NCBI GenBank assembly: GCA_032718475.1
Contig: JAUCBJ010007966.1
Span: 1 to 64,000 of the forward strand
DNA length: 64,000 nt
Direction of reading: 5' to 3'
Source: Nemertoderma westbladi
Taxonomy: Eukaryota > Animalia > Xenacoelomorpha
Shown: positions 1 to 15,000 of the stretch, one piece after another
Layout of the letters: every line of letters begins with the position of its first letter
Numbering within the stretch: position 1 is the first letter of the stretch
Translations under genes and position numbers: made by a program
Notes under the pieces: generated by a model
The model's input: only the letters and a program-made list of their open reading frames with translations
What the model was told of the DNA's origin: nothing
The model's database searches: none

Positions 1-3000
1 CCCCTAACCTCCCTACTACCTTCCTCTGACTCCAGGGATACCCCTAACCTCTCTACCATTATCTTCCTCTGACTCCAGGGATACCCATAACCTCCCTACC
101 ATTATCTTCCTCCCCTAACCTCCCTACCATTATCTTCCTCTGACTCCAGGGATACCCCTAACCTTCCTACCCATTACCTTCCTCTGACTCCAGGGATACC
201 CCTAACCTCCCTACTACCTTCCTCTGACTCCAGGGATACCCCTAACCTCTCCTACCCATTACCTTCCTCTGACTCCAGGGATACCCCTAACCTCCCTACC
301 ATTACTCTTCCTCTGACTCCAGGGATACCCCTAACCTCTCTACCATTATCTTCCTCTGACTCCAGGGATACCCATAACCTCCCTACCATTACCTTCCTCC
401 CCTAACCTCCCTACCATTATCTTCCTCTGACTCCAGGGATACCCCTAACCTCCCTACTACCTTCCTCTGACTCCAGGGATACCCCTAACCTCTCTACCAT
501 TATCTTCCTCTGACTCCAGGGATACCCCTAACCTCCCTACCATTACCTCTTCCTCCCCTAACCTCCCTACCATTATCTTCCTCTGACTCCAGGGATACCC
601 CTAACCTCCCTACTACCTTCCTCTGACTCCAGGGATACCCCTAACCTCCCTACTACCTTCCTCTGACTCCAGGGATACCCCTAACCTCCCTACTACCTTC
701 CTCTGACTCCAGGGATACCCCTAACCTCCCTACTACCTTCCTCTGACTCCAGGGATACCCCTAACCTCCCTACCTATTACCTTCCTCCCCTAACCTCCCT
801 ACCATTATCTTCCTCTGACTCCAGGGATACCCCTAACCTCCCTACTACCTTCCTCTGACTCCAGGGATACCCCTAACCTCTCTACCATTATCTTCCTCTG
901 ACTCCAGGGATACCCATAACCTCCCTACCATTATCTTCCTCCCCTAACCTCCCTACCATTATCTTCCTCTGACTCCAGGGATACCCCTAACCTTCCTACC
1001 CATTACCTTCCTCTGACTCCAGGGATACCCCTAACCTCCCTACTACCTTCCTCTGACTCCAGGGATACCCCTAACCTCCCTACCCATTATCCTTCCTCCC
1101 CTAACCTCCCTACCAGTTACCTTCCTCCCCTAACCTCCCTACCATTATCTTCCTCTGACTCCAGGGATACCCCTAACCTCCCTACCATTATCTTCCTCTG
1201 ACTCCAGGGATACCCCTAACCTCCCTACTACCTTCCTCTGACTCCAGGGATACCCCTAACCTCTCTACCATTATCTTCCTCTGACTCCAGGGATACCCAT
1301 AACCTCCCTACCATTATCTTCCTCCCCTAACCTCCCTACCATTATCTTCCTCTGACTCCAGGGATACCCCTAACCTTCCTACCCATTACCTTCCTCTGAC
1401 TCCAGGGATACCCCTAACCTCCCTACTACCTTCCTCTGACTCCAGGGATACCCCTAACCTCCCTACCCATTTCCTTCCTCCCCTACCTCCCTACCTTCCT
1501 TCCTCCCCTAACCTCCCTACTACTTCCTCTGACTCCAGGGATACCCCTAACCTCCCTACCATTATCTTCCTCTGACTCCAGGGATACCCCTAACCTCCCT
1601 ACTACCTTCCTCTGACTCCAGGGATACCCCTAACCTCCCTACTACCTTCCTCTGACTCCAGGGATACCCCTAACCTCCCTACTACCTTCCTCTGACTCCA
1701 GGGATACCCCTAACCTCCCTACCTACCTTCCTCTGACTCCAGGGATACCCCTAACCTCCCTACCCATTACCTTCCTCCCCTAACCTCCCTACTACCTTCC
1801 TCTGACTCCAGGGATACCCCTAACCTCCCTACCCATTACCTTCCTCCCCGAACCTCCCTACTACCTTCCTCTGACTCCAGGGATACCCCTAACCTCCCTA
1901 CCCATTACCTTCCTCCCCTAACCTCCCTACTACCTTCCTCTGACTCCAGGGATACCCATAACCTCCCTACCCATTACCTTCCTCTGACTCCATGGATACC
2001 CCTAACCTCCCTACCCATTTCCTTCCTCCCCTAACCTCCCTACCGTTACCTTCCTCCCCTAACCTCCCTACCATTACCTTCCTCTGACTCCAGGGATACC
2101 CCTAACCTCCCTACCCATTACCTTCCTCCCCTAGCCTCCCTACTTACCTTCCTCTGACTCCAGGGATACCCCTAACCTCCCTACCATTACCTTCCTCTGA
2201 CTCCAGGGATACCCCTAACCTCCCTACCCATTTCCTTCCTCCCCTAACCTCCCTACCGTTACCTTCCTCCCCTAACCTCCCTACTACCTTCCTCTGACTC
2301 CAGGGATACCCATAACCTCCCACCATTACCTCCCTCCCCTAACCTCCCTACCATTATCTTCCTCTGACTCCAGGGATACCCCTAACCTCCCTACCATTAT
2401 CTTCCTCTGACTCCAGGGATACCCCTAACCTCCCTACCCATTTCCTTCCTCCCCTAACCTCCCTACCGCTACCTTCCTCCCCTAACCTCCCTACCATTAT
2501 CTTCCTCTGACTCCAGGGATACCCCTAACCTCCCTACCATTGTCTTCCTCTGACTCCAGGGATACCCCTAACCTCCCTACTACCTTCCTCTGACTCCAGG
2601 GATACCCCTAACCTCCCTACTACCTTCCTCTGACTCCAGGGATACCCCTAACCTCCCTACTACCTTCCTCTGACTCCAGGGATACCCCTAACCTCCCTAC
2701 TACCTTCCTCTGACTCCAGGGATACCCCTAACCTCCCTACCCATTACCTTCCTCCCCTAACCTCCCTACCATTATCTTCCTCTGACTCCAGGGATACCCC
2801 TAACCTTCCTACCCATTACCTTCCTCTGACTCCAGGGATACCCCTAACCTCCCTACTACCTTCCTCTGACTCCAGGGATACCCCTAACCTCCCTACCATT
2901 ATCTTCCTCTGATTCCAGGGATACCCATAACCTCCCTACCATTATCTTCCTCTGACTCCAGGGATACCCCTAACCTCCCTACTACCTTCCTCTGACTCCA

Positions 3001-6000
3001 GGGATACCCCTAACCTCCCTACCATTATCTTCCTCTGACTCCAGGGATACCCCTAACCTCCCTACCCATTACCTTCCTCCCCTAACCTCCCTACTACCTT
3101 CCTCTGACTCCAGGGATACCCCTAACCTCCCTACTACCTTCCTCTGACTCCAGGGATACCCCTAACCTCCCTACCATTACCTTCCTCCCCTAACCTCTCT
3201 ACCACTACCTTCCTCTGACTCCAGGGATACCCCTAACCTCCCTACTACCTTCCTCTGACTCCAGGGATACCCCTAACCTCCCTACCATTATCTTCCTCTG
3301 ACTCCAGGGATACCCCTAACCTCCCTACCCATTACCTTCCTCCCCTAACCTCCCTACTACCTTCCTCTGACTCCAGGGATACCCTTTACCTCCCTACCCA
3401 TTACCTTCCTCCCCTAACCTCCCCACCATTACCTTCCTCTGACTCCAGGGATACCCCTAATCTCCCTACCCATTACCTTCCTCCCCTAACCTCCCTACTA
3501 CCTTCCTCTGACTCCAGGGATACCCCTAACCTCCCTACTACCTTCCTCTGACTCCAGGGATACCCCTAACCTCTCTACCCATTACCTTCCTCCCCTAGCC
3601 TCCCTACTACCTTCCTCTGACTCCAGGGATACCCCTAACCTCCCTACTACCTTCCTCTGACTCCAGGGATACCCCTAACCTCTCTACCCATTACCTTCCT
3701 CCCCTAGCCTCCCTACTACCTTCCTCTGACTCCAGGGATACCCCTAACCTCCCTACTACCTTCCTCTGACTCCAGGGATACCCCTAACCTCCCTACCATT
3801 ACCTTCCTCTGACTCCAGGGATACCCCTAACCTCCCTACCCATTACCTTCCTCCCCTAACCTCCCTACTACCTTCCTCTGACTCCAGGGATACCCTTTAC
3901 CTCCCTACCCATTACCTTCCTCCCCTAACCTCCCCACCATTACCTTCCTCTGACTCCAGGGATACCCCTAATCTCCCTACCCATTACCTTCCTCCCCTAA
4001 CCTCCCTACTACCTTCCTCTGACTCCAGGGATACCCCTAACCTCCCTACTACCTTCCTCTGACTCCAGGGATACCCCTAACCTCTCTACCCATTACCTTC
4101 CTCCCCTAGCCTCCCTACTACCTTCCTCTGACTCCAGGGATACCCCTAACCTCCCTACTACCTTCCTCTGACTCCAGGGATACCCCTAACCTCTCTACCC
4201 ATTACCTTCCTCCCCTAGCCTCCCTACTACCTTCCTCTGACTCCAGGGATACCCCTAACCTCCCTACTACCTTCCTCTGACTCCAGGGATACCCCTAACC
4301 TCTCTACCCATTACCTTCCTCCCCTAGCCTCCCTACTACCTTTCTCTGACTCCAGGGATACCCCTAACCTCCCTACTACCTTCCTCTGACTCCAGGGATA
4401 CCCCTAACCTCCCTACCCATTTCCTTCCTCCCCTAACCTCCCTACCGTTACCTTCCTCCCCTAACCTCCCTACCATTATCTTCCTCTGACTCCAGGGATA
4501 CCCCTAACCTCCCTACCATTGTCTTCCTCTGACTCCAGGGATACCCCTAACCTCCCTACTACCTTCCTCTGACTCCAGGGATACCCCTAACCTCCCTACT
4601 ACCTTCCTCTGACTCCAGGGATACCCCTAACCTCCCTACTACCTTCCTCTGACTCCAGGGATACCCCTAACCTCCCTACTACCTTCCTCTGACTCCAGGG
4701 ATACCCCTAACCTCCCTACCCATTACCTTCCTCCCCTAACCTCCCTACCATTATCTTCCTCTGACTCCAGGGATACCCCTAACCTTCCTACCCATTACCT
4801 TCCTCTGACTCCAGGGATACCCCTAACCTCCCTACTACCTTCCTCTGACTCCAGGGATACCCCTAACCTCCCTACCATTATCTTCCTCTGATTCCAGGGA
4901 TACCCATAACCTCCCTACCATTATCTTCCTCTGACTCCAGGGATACCCCTAACCTCCCTACTACCTTCCTCTGACTCCAGGGATACCCCTAACCTCCCTA
5001 CCATTATCTTCCTCTGACTCCAGGGATACCCCTAACCTCCCTACCCATTACCTTCCTCCCATAACCTCCCTACTACCTTCCTCTGACTCCAGGGATACCC
5101 CTAACCTCCCTACTACCTTCCTCTGACTCCAGGGATACCCCTAACCTCCCTACCATTACCTTCCTCCCCTAACCTCTCTACCACTACCTTCCTCTGACTC
5201 CAGGGATACCCCTAACCTCCCTACTACCTTCCTCTGACTCCAGGGATACCCCTAACCTCCCTACCATTATCTTCCTCTGACTCCAGGGATACCCCTAACC
5301 TCCCTACCCATTACCTTCCTCCCCTAACCTCCCTACTACCTTCCTCTGACTCCAGGGATACCCTTTACCTCCCTACCCATTACCTTCCTCCCCTAACCTC
5401 CCCACCATTACCTTCCTCTGACTCCAGGGATACCCCTAATCTCCCTACCCATTACCTTCCTCCCCTAACCTCCCTACTACCTTCCTCTGACTCCAGGGAT
5501 ACCCCTAACCTCCCTACTACCTTCCTCTGACTCCAGGGATACCCCTAACCTCTCTACCCATTACCTTCCTCCCCTAGCCTCCCTACTACCTTCCTCTGAC
5601 TCCAGGGATACCCCTAACCTCCCTACTACCTTCCTCTGACTCCAGGGATACCCCTAACCTCTCTACCCATTACCTTCCTCCCCTAGCCTCCCTACTACCT
5701 TCCTCTGACTCCAGGGATACCCCTAACCTCCCTACTACCTTCCTCTGACTCCAGGGATACCCCTAACCTCCCTACCATTACCTTCCTCTGACTCCAGGGA
5801 TACCCCTAACCTCCCTACCATTACCTTCCTCTGACTCCAGGGATACCCCTAACCTCTCTACCAATTACCTTCCCCCCTAACCTCCCTACTACCTTCCTCT
5901 GACTCCAGGGATACCCCTAACCTCTCTACCATTACCTTCCTCTGACTCCAGGGATACCCCTAACCTCTCTACCCATTACCTTCCCCCCCTAACCTCCCTA

Positions 6001-9000
6001 CTACCCTTTAAGGTTCCACCTTGGTGTAGTGGTTGCATTGAATTCACATCTCCTGTAGGTCGTGGGTTCAATCCTCACATGGGCCAGGGCAGTTTTAATT
6101 TCGGCACGAATGCTTTAAAGGGACCAGCCAGGGCGCATCTCTGCCTTGCATCCTTAAGTGGTAGCTAAATGAGTACTGGAGTTTCCTCTGGGGAGTAAAG
6201 TTCTAGGGGGACCGCACTGGAAATAAGTCGTCAGACTTTGTGCGTAATCCCTGGCCTAGCGGCCGAAGAAAATTTACTTTACTTTTACTTTTTACCTTCC
6301 TCTGACTCCAGGGATACCCCTAACCTCTCTACCATTACCTTCCTCTGACTCCAGGGATACCCCTAACCTCTCTACCCATTACCTTCCCCCCCTAACCTCC
6401 CTACTACCTTCCTCTGACTCCAGGGATACCCATAACCTCCCTACTACCTTCCTCTGACTCCAGGGATACCCCTAACCTTCCTACCCATTACCTTCCTCCC
6501 CTAACCTCCCTACCCATTTCCCTCCTCCCCTAACCTCCCTACCGTTACCTTCCTCCCCTAACCTCCCTACCATTATCTTCCTCTGACTCCAGGGATACCC
6601 CTAACCTCCCTACTACCTTCCTCTGACTCCAGGGATACCCTTTACCTCCCTACCCATTACCTTCCTCCCCTAACCTCCCCACCATTACCTTCCTCTGACT
6701 CCAGGGATACCCCTAACCTCCCTACCCATTACCTTCCTCCCCTAACCTCCCTACTACCTTCCTCTGACTCCAGGGATACCCCTAACCTCCCTACTACCTT
6801 CCTCTGACTCCAGGGATACCCCTAACCTCTCTACCCATTACCTTCCTCCCCTAGCCTCCCTACTACCTTCCTCTGACTCCAGGGATACCCCTAACCTCCC
6901 TACTACCTTCCTCTGACTCCAGGGATACCCCTAACCTCTCTACCCATTACCTTACTCCCCTAGCCTCCCTACTACCTTCCTCTGACTCCAGGGATACCCC
7001 TAACCTCCCTACTACCTTCCTCTGACTCCAGGGATACCCCTAACCTCCTACCCATTACCTTCCTCCCCTAGCCTCCCTACTACCTTCCTCTGACTCCAGG
7101 GATACCCCTAACCTCCCTACTACCTTCCTCTGACTCCAGGGATACCCCTAACCTCCCTACCCATTTCCTTCCTCCCCTAACCTCCCTACCGTTACCTTCC
7201 TCCCCTAACCTCCCTACCATTATCTTCCTCTGACTCCAGGGATACCCCTAACCTCCCTACCATTATCTTCCTCTGACTCCAGGGATACCCCTAACCTCCC
7301 TACTACCTTCCTCTGACTCCAGGGATACCCCTAACCTCCCTACTACCTTCCTCTGACTCCAGGGATACCCCTAACCTCCCTACTACCTTCCTCTGACTCC
7401 AGGGATACCCCTAACCTCCCTACTACCTTCCTCTGACTCCAGGGATACCCCTAACCTCCCTACTACCTTCCTCTGACTCCAGGGATACCCCTAACCTCCC
7501 TACCATTATCTTCCTCTGACTCCAGGGATACCCCTAACCTCCCTACCCATTACCTTCCTCCCCTAACCTCCCTACTACCTTCCTCTGACTCCAGGGATAC
7601 CCTTAACCTCCCTACCCATTACCTTCCTCCCCTAACCTCCCCACCATTACCTTCCTCTGACTCCAGGGATACCCCTAATCTCCCTACCCATTACCTTCCT
7701 CCCCTAACCTCCCTACTACCTTCCTCTGACTCCAGGGATACCCCTAACCTCCCTACTACCTTCCTCTGACTCCAGGGATACCCCTAACCTCTCTACCCAT
7801 TACCTTCCTCCCCTAGCCTCCCTACTACCTTCCTCTGACTCCAGGGATACCCCTAACCTCCCTACTACCTTCCTCTGACTCCAGGGATACCCCTAACCTC
7901 TCTACCCATTACCTTCCTCCCCTAGCCTCCCTACTACCTTCCTCTGACTCCAGGGATACCCCTAACCTCCCTACTACCTTCCTCTGACTCCAGGGATACC
8001 CCTAACCTCTCTACCCATTACCTTCCTCCCCTAACCTCCCTACTACCTTCCTCTGACTCCAGGGATACCCCTAACCTCCCTACTACCTTCCTCTGACTCC
8101 AGGGATACCCCTAACCTCCCTACCCATTTCCTTCCTCCCCTAACCTCCCTACCGTTACCTTCCTCCCCTAACCTCCCTACCATTATCTTCCTCTGACTCC
8201 AGGGATACCCCTAACCTCCCTACCATTACCTTCCTCTGACTCCAGGGATACCCCTAACCTCCCTACTACCTTCCTCTGACTCCAGGGATACCCCTAACCT
8301 CCCTACTACCTTCCTCTGACTCCAGGGATACCCCTAACCTCCCTACTACCTTCCTCTGACTCCAGGGATACCCCTAACCTCCCTACTACCTTCCTCTGAC
8401 TCCAGGGATACCCCTAACCTCCCTACTACCTTCCTCTGACTCCAGGGATACCCCTAACCTCCCTACCATTACCTTCCTCTGACTCCAGGGATACCCCTAA
8501 CCTCTCTACCATTATCTTCCTCTGACTCCAGGGATACCCATAACCTCCCTACCATTACCTTCCTCCCCTAACCTCCCTACCATTATCTTCCTCTGACTCC
8601 AGGGATACCCCTAACCTCTCTACCATTACCTTCCTCTGACTCCAGGGATACCCCTAACCTCCTACTACTTCCTCTGACTCCAGGGATACCCTAACCTCCC
8701 TACCATTATCTTCCTCCCCTAACCTCCCTACCATTATCTTCCTCTGACTCCAGGGATACCCCTAACCTCTCCTACCATTATCTTCCTCTGACTCCAGGGA
8801 TACCCATAACCTCCCTACCATTATCTTCCTCTGACTCCAGGGATACCCCTAACCTCCCTACTACCTTCCTCTGACTCCAGGGATACCCCTAACCTCCCTA
8901 CCATTATCTTCCTCTGACTCCAGGGATACCCCTAACCTCCCTACTACCTTCCTCTGACTCCAGGGATACCCCTAACCTCCCTACCATTATCTTCCTCTGA

Positions 9001-12000
9001 CTCCAGGGATACCCCTAACCTCTCCTACCCATTACCTTCCTCTGACTCCAGGGATACCCCTAACCTCCCTACTACCTTCCTCTGACTCCAGGGATACCCC
9101 TAACCTCCCTACCATTATCTTCCTCTGACTCCAGGGATACCCCTAACCTCTCCTACCATTACCTTCCTCTGACTCCAGGGATACCCCTAACCTCCCTACT
9201 ACCTTCCTCTGACTCCAGGGATACCCCTAACCTCCCTACTACCTTCCTCTGACTCCAGGGATACCCCTAACCTCCCTACTACCTTCCTCTGACTCCAGGG
9301 ATACCCCTAACCTCCCTACCATTATCTTCCTCTGACTCCAGGGATACCCCTAACCTCCCTACCATTATCTTCCTCTGACTCCAGGGATACCCATAACCTC
9401 CCTACCATTATCTTCCTCCCCTAACCTCCCTACCATTATCTTCCTCTGACTCCAGGGATACCCCTAACCTCTCTACCATTATCTTCCTCTGACTCCAGGG
9501 ATACCCCTAACCTCCCTACCATTATCTTCCTCTGACTCCAGGGATACCCATAACCTCCCTACCATTATCTTCCTCCCCTAACCTCCCTACCATTATCTTC
9601 CTCTGACTCCAGGGATACCCCTAACCTCCCTACCATTATCTTCCTCTGACTCCAGGGATACCCATAACCTCCCTACCATTATCTTCCTCTGACTCCAGGG
9701 ATACCCCTAACCTCCCTACTACCTTCCTCTGACTCCAGGGATACCCATAACCTCCCTACCATTATCTTCCTCTGACTCCAGGGATACCCCTAACCTCCCT
9801 ACTACCTTCCTCTGACTCCAGGGATACCCCTAACCTCCCTACCATTATCTTCCTCTGACTCCAGGGATACCCCTAACCTCCCTACCATTACCTTCCTCTG
9901 ACTCCAGGGATACCCCTAACCTCCCTACTACCTTCCTCTGACTCCAGGGATACCCCTAACCTCCCTACCATTATCTTCCTCTGACTCCAGGGATACCCCT
10001 AACCTCCCTACCATTACCTTCCTCTGACTCCAGGGATACCCCTAACCTCCCTACTACCTTCCTCTGACTCCAGGGATACCCCTAACCTCCCTACTACCTT
10101 CCTCTGACTCCAGGGATACCCCTAACCTCCCTACTACCTTCCTCTGACTCCAGGGATACCCCTAACCTCTCTACCATTATCTTCCTCTGACTCCAGGGAT
10201 ACCCATAACCTCCCTACCATTATCTTCCTCCCCTAACCTCCCTACCATTATCTTCCTCTGACTCCAGGGATACCCCTAACCTCTCCTACCATTATCTTCC
10301 TCTGACTCCAGGGATACCCCTAACCTCTCTACCATTATCTTCCTCTGACTCCAGGGATACCCATAACCTCCCTACCATTATCTTCCTCCCCTAACCTCCC
10401 TACCATTATCTTCCTCTGACTCCAGGGATACCCCTAACCTCCTACCATTATCTTCCTCTGACTCCAGGGATACCCATAACCTCCCTACCATTATCTTCCT
10501 CTGACTCCAGGGATACCCCTAACCTCCCTACTACCTTCCTCTGACTCCAGGATACCCCTAACCTCCCTACCATTATCTTCCTCTGACTCCAGGGATACCC
10601 CTAACCTCCCTACTACCTTCCTCTGACTCCAGGGATACCCCTAACCTCCCTACCATTATCTTCCTCTGACTCCAGGGATACCCCTAACCTCCCTACCCAT
10701 TACCTTCCTCTGACTCCAGGGATACCCCTAACCTCCCTACTACCTTCCTCTGACTCCAGGGATACCCCTAACCTCCCTACCATTATCTTCCTCTGACTCC
10801 AGGGATACCCCTAACCTCCCTATCCATTACCTTCCTCTGACTCCAGGGATACCCCTAACCTCCCTACTACCTTCCTCTGACTCCAGGGATACCCCTAACC
10901 TCCCTACTACCTTCCTCTGACTCCAGGGATACCCCTAACCTCCCTACTACCTTCCTCTGACTCCAGGGATACCCCTAACCTCCCTACCATTATCTTCCTC
11001 TGACTCCAGGGATACCCCTAACCTCCCTACTACCTTCCTCTGACTCCAGGGATACCCCTAACCTCCCTACCATTACCTTCCTCCCCTAACCTCCCTACCT
11101 TATCTTCCTCTGACTCCAGGGATACCCCTAACCTCTCCTACCATTACCTTCCTCTGACTCCAGGGATACCCCTAACCTCCCTACCCATTACCTCTCTCCT
11201 CCCCTAACCTCCCTACTACCTTCCTCTGACTCCAGGGATACCCCTAACCTCCCTACCTTACCTTCCTCTGACTCCAGGGATACCCCTAACCTCCCTACCA
11301 TTACCTTCCTCCCCTAACCTCCCTACCTATCTTCCTCTGACTCCAGGGATACCCCTAACCTCCCTACCATTACCTTCCTCTGACTCCAGGGATACCCCTA
11401 ACCTCTCTACCATTATCTTCCTCTGACTCCAGGGATACCCATAACCTCCCTACCATTATCTTCCTCCCCTAACCTCCCTACCATTATCTTCCTCTGACTC
11501 CAGGGATACCCCTAACCTCCCTACCATTATCTTCCTCTGACTCCAGGGATACCCCTAACCTCCCTACCATTATCTTCCTCTGACTCCAGGGATACCCCTA
11601 ACCTCCCTACTACCTTCCTCTGACTCCAGGGATACCCCTAACCTCCCTACCATTATCTTCCTCTGACTCCAGGGATACCCATAACCTCCCTACTACCTTC
11701 CTCTGACTCCAGGGATACCCCTAACCTCCCTACCCATTTCCTTCCTCCCCTAACCTCCCTACCGTTACCTTCCTCCCCTAACCTCCCTACCATTATCTTC
11801 CTCTGACTCCAGGGATACCCATAACCTCCCTACCATTACCTTCCTCTGACTCCAGGGATACCCCTAACCTCCCTACCATTATCTTCCTCTGACTCCAGGG
11901 ATACCCCTAACCTCCCTACTACCTTCCTCTGACTCCAGGGATACCCCTAACCTCCCTACTACCTTCCTCTGACTCCAGGGATACCCCTAACCTCTCTACC

Positions 12001-15000
12001 CATTACCTTCCTCCCCTAACCTCCCTACTACCTTCCTCTGACTCCAGGGATACCCCTAACCTCCCTACTACCTTCCTCTGACTCCAGGGATACCCCTAAC
12101 CTCCCTACTACCTTCCTCTGACTCCAGGGATACCCATAACCTCCCACCATTACCTTCCTCCCCTAACCTCCCTACCATTACCTTCCTCTGACTCCAGGGA
12201 TACCCCTAACCTCCCTACTACCTTCCTCTGACTCCAGGGATACCCCTAACCTCTCTACCATTATCTTCCTCTGACTCCAGGGAACCCCTAACCTCCCTAC
12301 CATTTCCTTCCTCCCCTAACCTCCCTACCATTACCTTCCTCCCCTAACCTCCCTACCATTATCTTCCTCTGACTCCAGGGATACCCCTAACCTCCTACCA
12401 TTACCTTCCTCTGACTCCAGGGATACCCCTAACCTCCCTACTACCTTCCTCTGACTCCAGGGATACCCCTAACCTCCCTACTACCTTCCTCTGACTCCAG
12501 GGATACCCCTAACCTCCCTACTACCTTCCTCTGACTCCAGGGATACCCCTAACCTCCCTACCATTACCTTCCTCTGACTCCAGGGATACCCCTAACCTCT
12601 CTACCATTATCTTCCTCTGACTCCAGGGATACCCCTAACCTCCCTACCATTACCTTCCTCCCCTAACCTCCCTACCATTATCTTCCTCTGACTCCAGGGA
12701 TACCCATAACCTCCCTACTACCTTCCTCTGACTCCAGGGATACCCCTAACCTCCCTACCATTATCTTCCTCTGACTCCAGGGATACCCCTAACCTCTCTA
12801 CCATTATCTTCCTCTGACTCCAGGGATACCCATAACCTCTCTACCATTATCTTCCTCTGACTCCAGGGATACCCCTAACCTCCCTACCATTACCTTCCTC
12901 CCCTAACCTCCCTACCATTATCTTCCTCTGACTCCAGGGATACCCATAACCTCTCTACCATTATCTTCCTCTGACTCCAGGGATACCCCTAACCTCCCTA
13001 CCATTACCTTCCTCCCCTAACCTCCCTACCATTATCTTCCTCTGACTCCAGGGATACCCCTAACCTCCCTACCATTATCTTCCTCCCCTAACCTCCCTAC
13101 CATTATCTTCCTCTGACTCCAGGGATACCCCTAACCTCTCTACCATTATCTTCCTCTGACTCCAGGGATACCCCTAACCTCCCTACCATTACCTTCCTCC
13201 CCTAACCTCCCTACCATTATCTTCCTCTGACTCCAGGGATACCCATAACCTCCCTACTACCTTCCTCTGACTCCAGGGATACCCATAACATCCCTACCAT
13301 TATCTTCCTCCCCTAACCTCCCTACCATTATCTTCCTCTGACTCCAGGGATACCTCTAACCTCCCTACCCATTACCTTCCTCCCCTAACCTCCCTACCAT
13401 TATCTTCCTCTGACTCCAGGGATACCCATAACCTCCCTACTACCTTCCTCTGACTCCAGGGATACCCATAACATCCCTACCATTATCTTCCTCCCCTAAC
13501 CTCCCTACCATTATCTTCCTCTGACTCCAGGGATACCCATAACCTCCCTACCATTATCTTCCTCCCCTAACCTCCCTACCATTATCTTCCTCTGACTCCA
13601 GGGATGCCCCTAACCTCTCTACCATTATCTTCCTCTGACTCCAGGGATACCCCTAACCTCCCTACCCATTACCTTCCTCCCCTAACCTCCCTACTACCTT
13701 CCTCTGACTCCAGGGATACCCCTAACCTCCCTACTACCTTCCTCTGACTCCAGGGATACCCCTAACCTCTCTACCATTATCTTCCTCTGACTCCAGGGAT
13801 ACCCATAACCTCCCTACCATTACCATTATCTTCCTCCCCTAACCTCCCTACCATTATCTTCCTCTGACTCCAGGGATACCCCTAACCTCTCTTCTACCTT
13901 CCTCTGACTCCAGGGATACCCCTAACCTCTCTACCATTATCTTCCTCTGACTCCAGGGATACCCATAACCTCCCTACCATTATCTTCCTCCCCTAACCTC
14001 CCTACCATTATCTTCCTCTGACTCCAGGGATACCCCTAACCTCCCTACTACCTTCCTCTGACTCCAGGGATACCCCTAACCTCCCTACTACCTTCCTCTG
14101 ACTCCAGGGATACCCCTAACCTCCCTACTACCTTCCTCTGACTCCAGGGATACCCCTAACCTCCCTACTACCTTCCTCTGACTCCAGGGATACCCCTAAC
14201 CTCCCTACCCATTACCTTCCTCCCCTAACCTCCCCACCATTACCTTCCTCTGACTCCTGGGATACCCCTAACCTCCCTACCTATTACCTTCCTCCCCTAA
14301 CCTCCCTACCATTATCTTCCTCTGACTCCAGGGATACCCCTAACCTTCCTACCCATTACCTTCCTCTGACTCCAGGGATACCCCTAACCTCCCTACTACC
14401 TTCCTCTGACTCCAGGGATACCCTTAACCTCTCTACCATTATCTTCCTCTGACTCCAGGGATACCCATAACCTCCCTACCATTATCTTCCTCCCCTAACC
14501 TCCCTACCATTATCTTCCTCTTACTCCAGGGATACCCCTAACCTTCCTACCCATTACCTTCCTCTGACTCCAGGGATACCCCTAACCTCCCTACCATTGT
14601 CTTCCTCTGACTCCAGGGATACCCCTAACCTCCCTACTACCTTCCTCTGACTCCAGGGATACCCCTAACCTCCCTACTACCTTCCGCTGACTCCAGGGAT
14701 ACCCCTAACCACCCTACTACCTTCCTCTGACTCCAGCGATACCCCTAACCTCCCTACTACCTTCCTCTGACTCCAGGGATACCCCTAACCTCCCTACCCA
14801 TTACCTTCCTCCCCTAACCTCCCTACCATTATCTTCCTCTGACTCCAGGGATACCCCTAACCTTCCTACCCATTACCTTCCTCTGAGTCCAGGGATACCC
14901 CTAACCTCCCTACTACCTTCCTCTGACTCCAGGGATACCCCTAACCTCCCTACCATTATCTTCCTCTGATTCCAGGGATACCCATAACCTCCCTACCATT

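Noticed and set aside
6011-6090. tRNA gene
   Set aside because: It has A/B boxes but no convincing cloverleaf, and it continues into a SINE body and tail.
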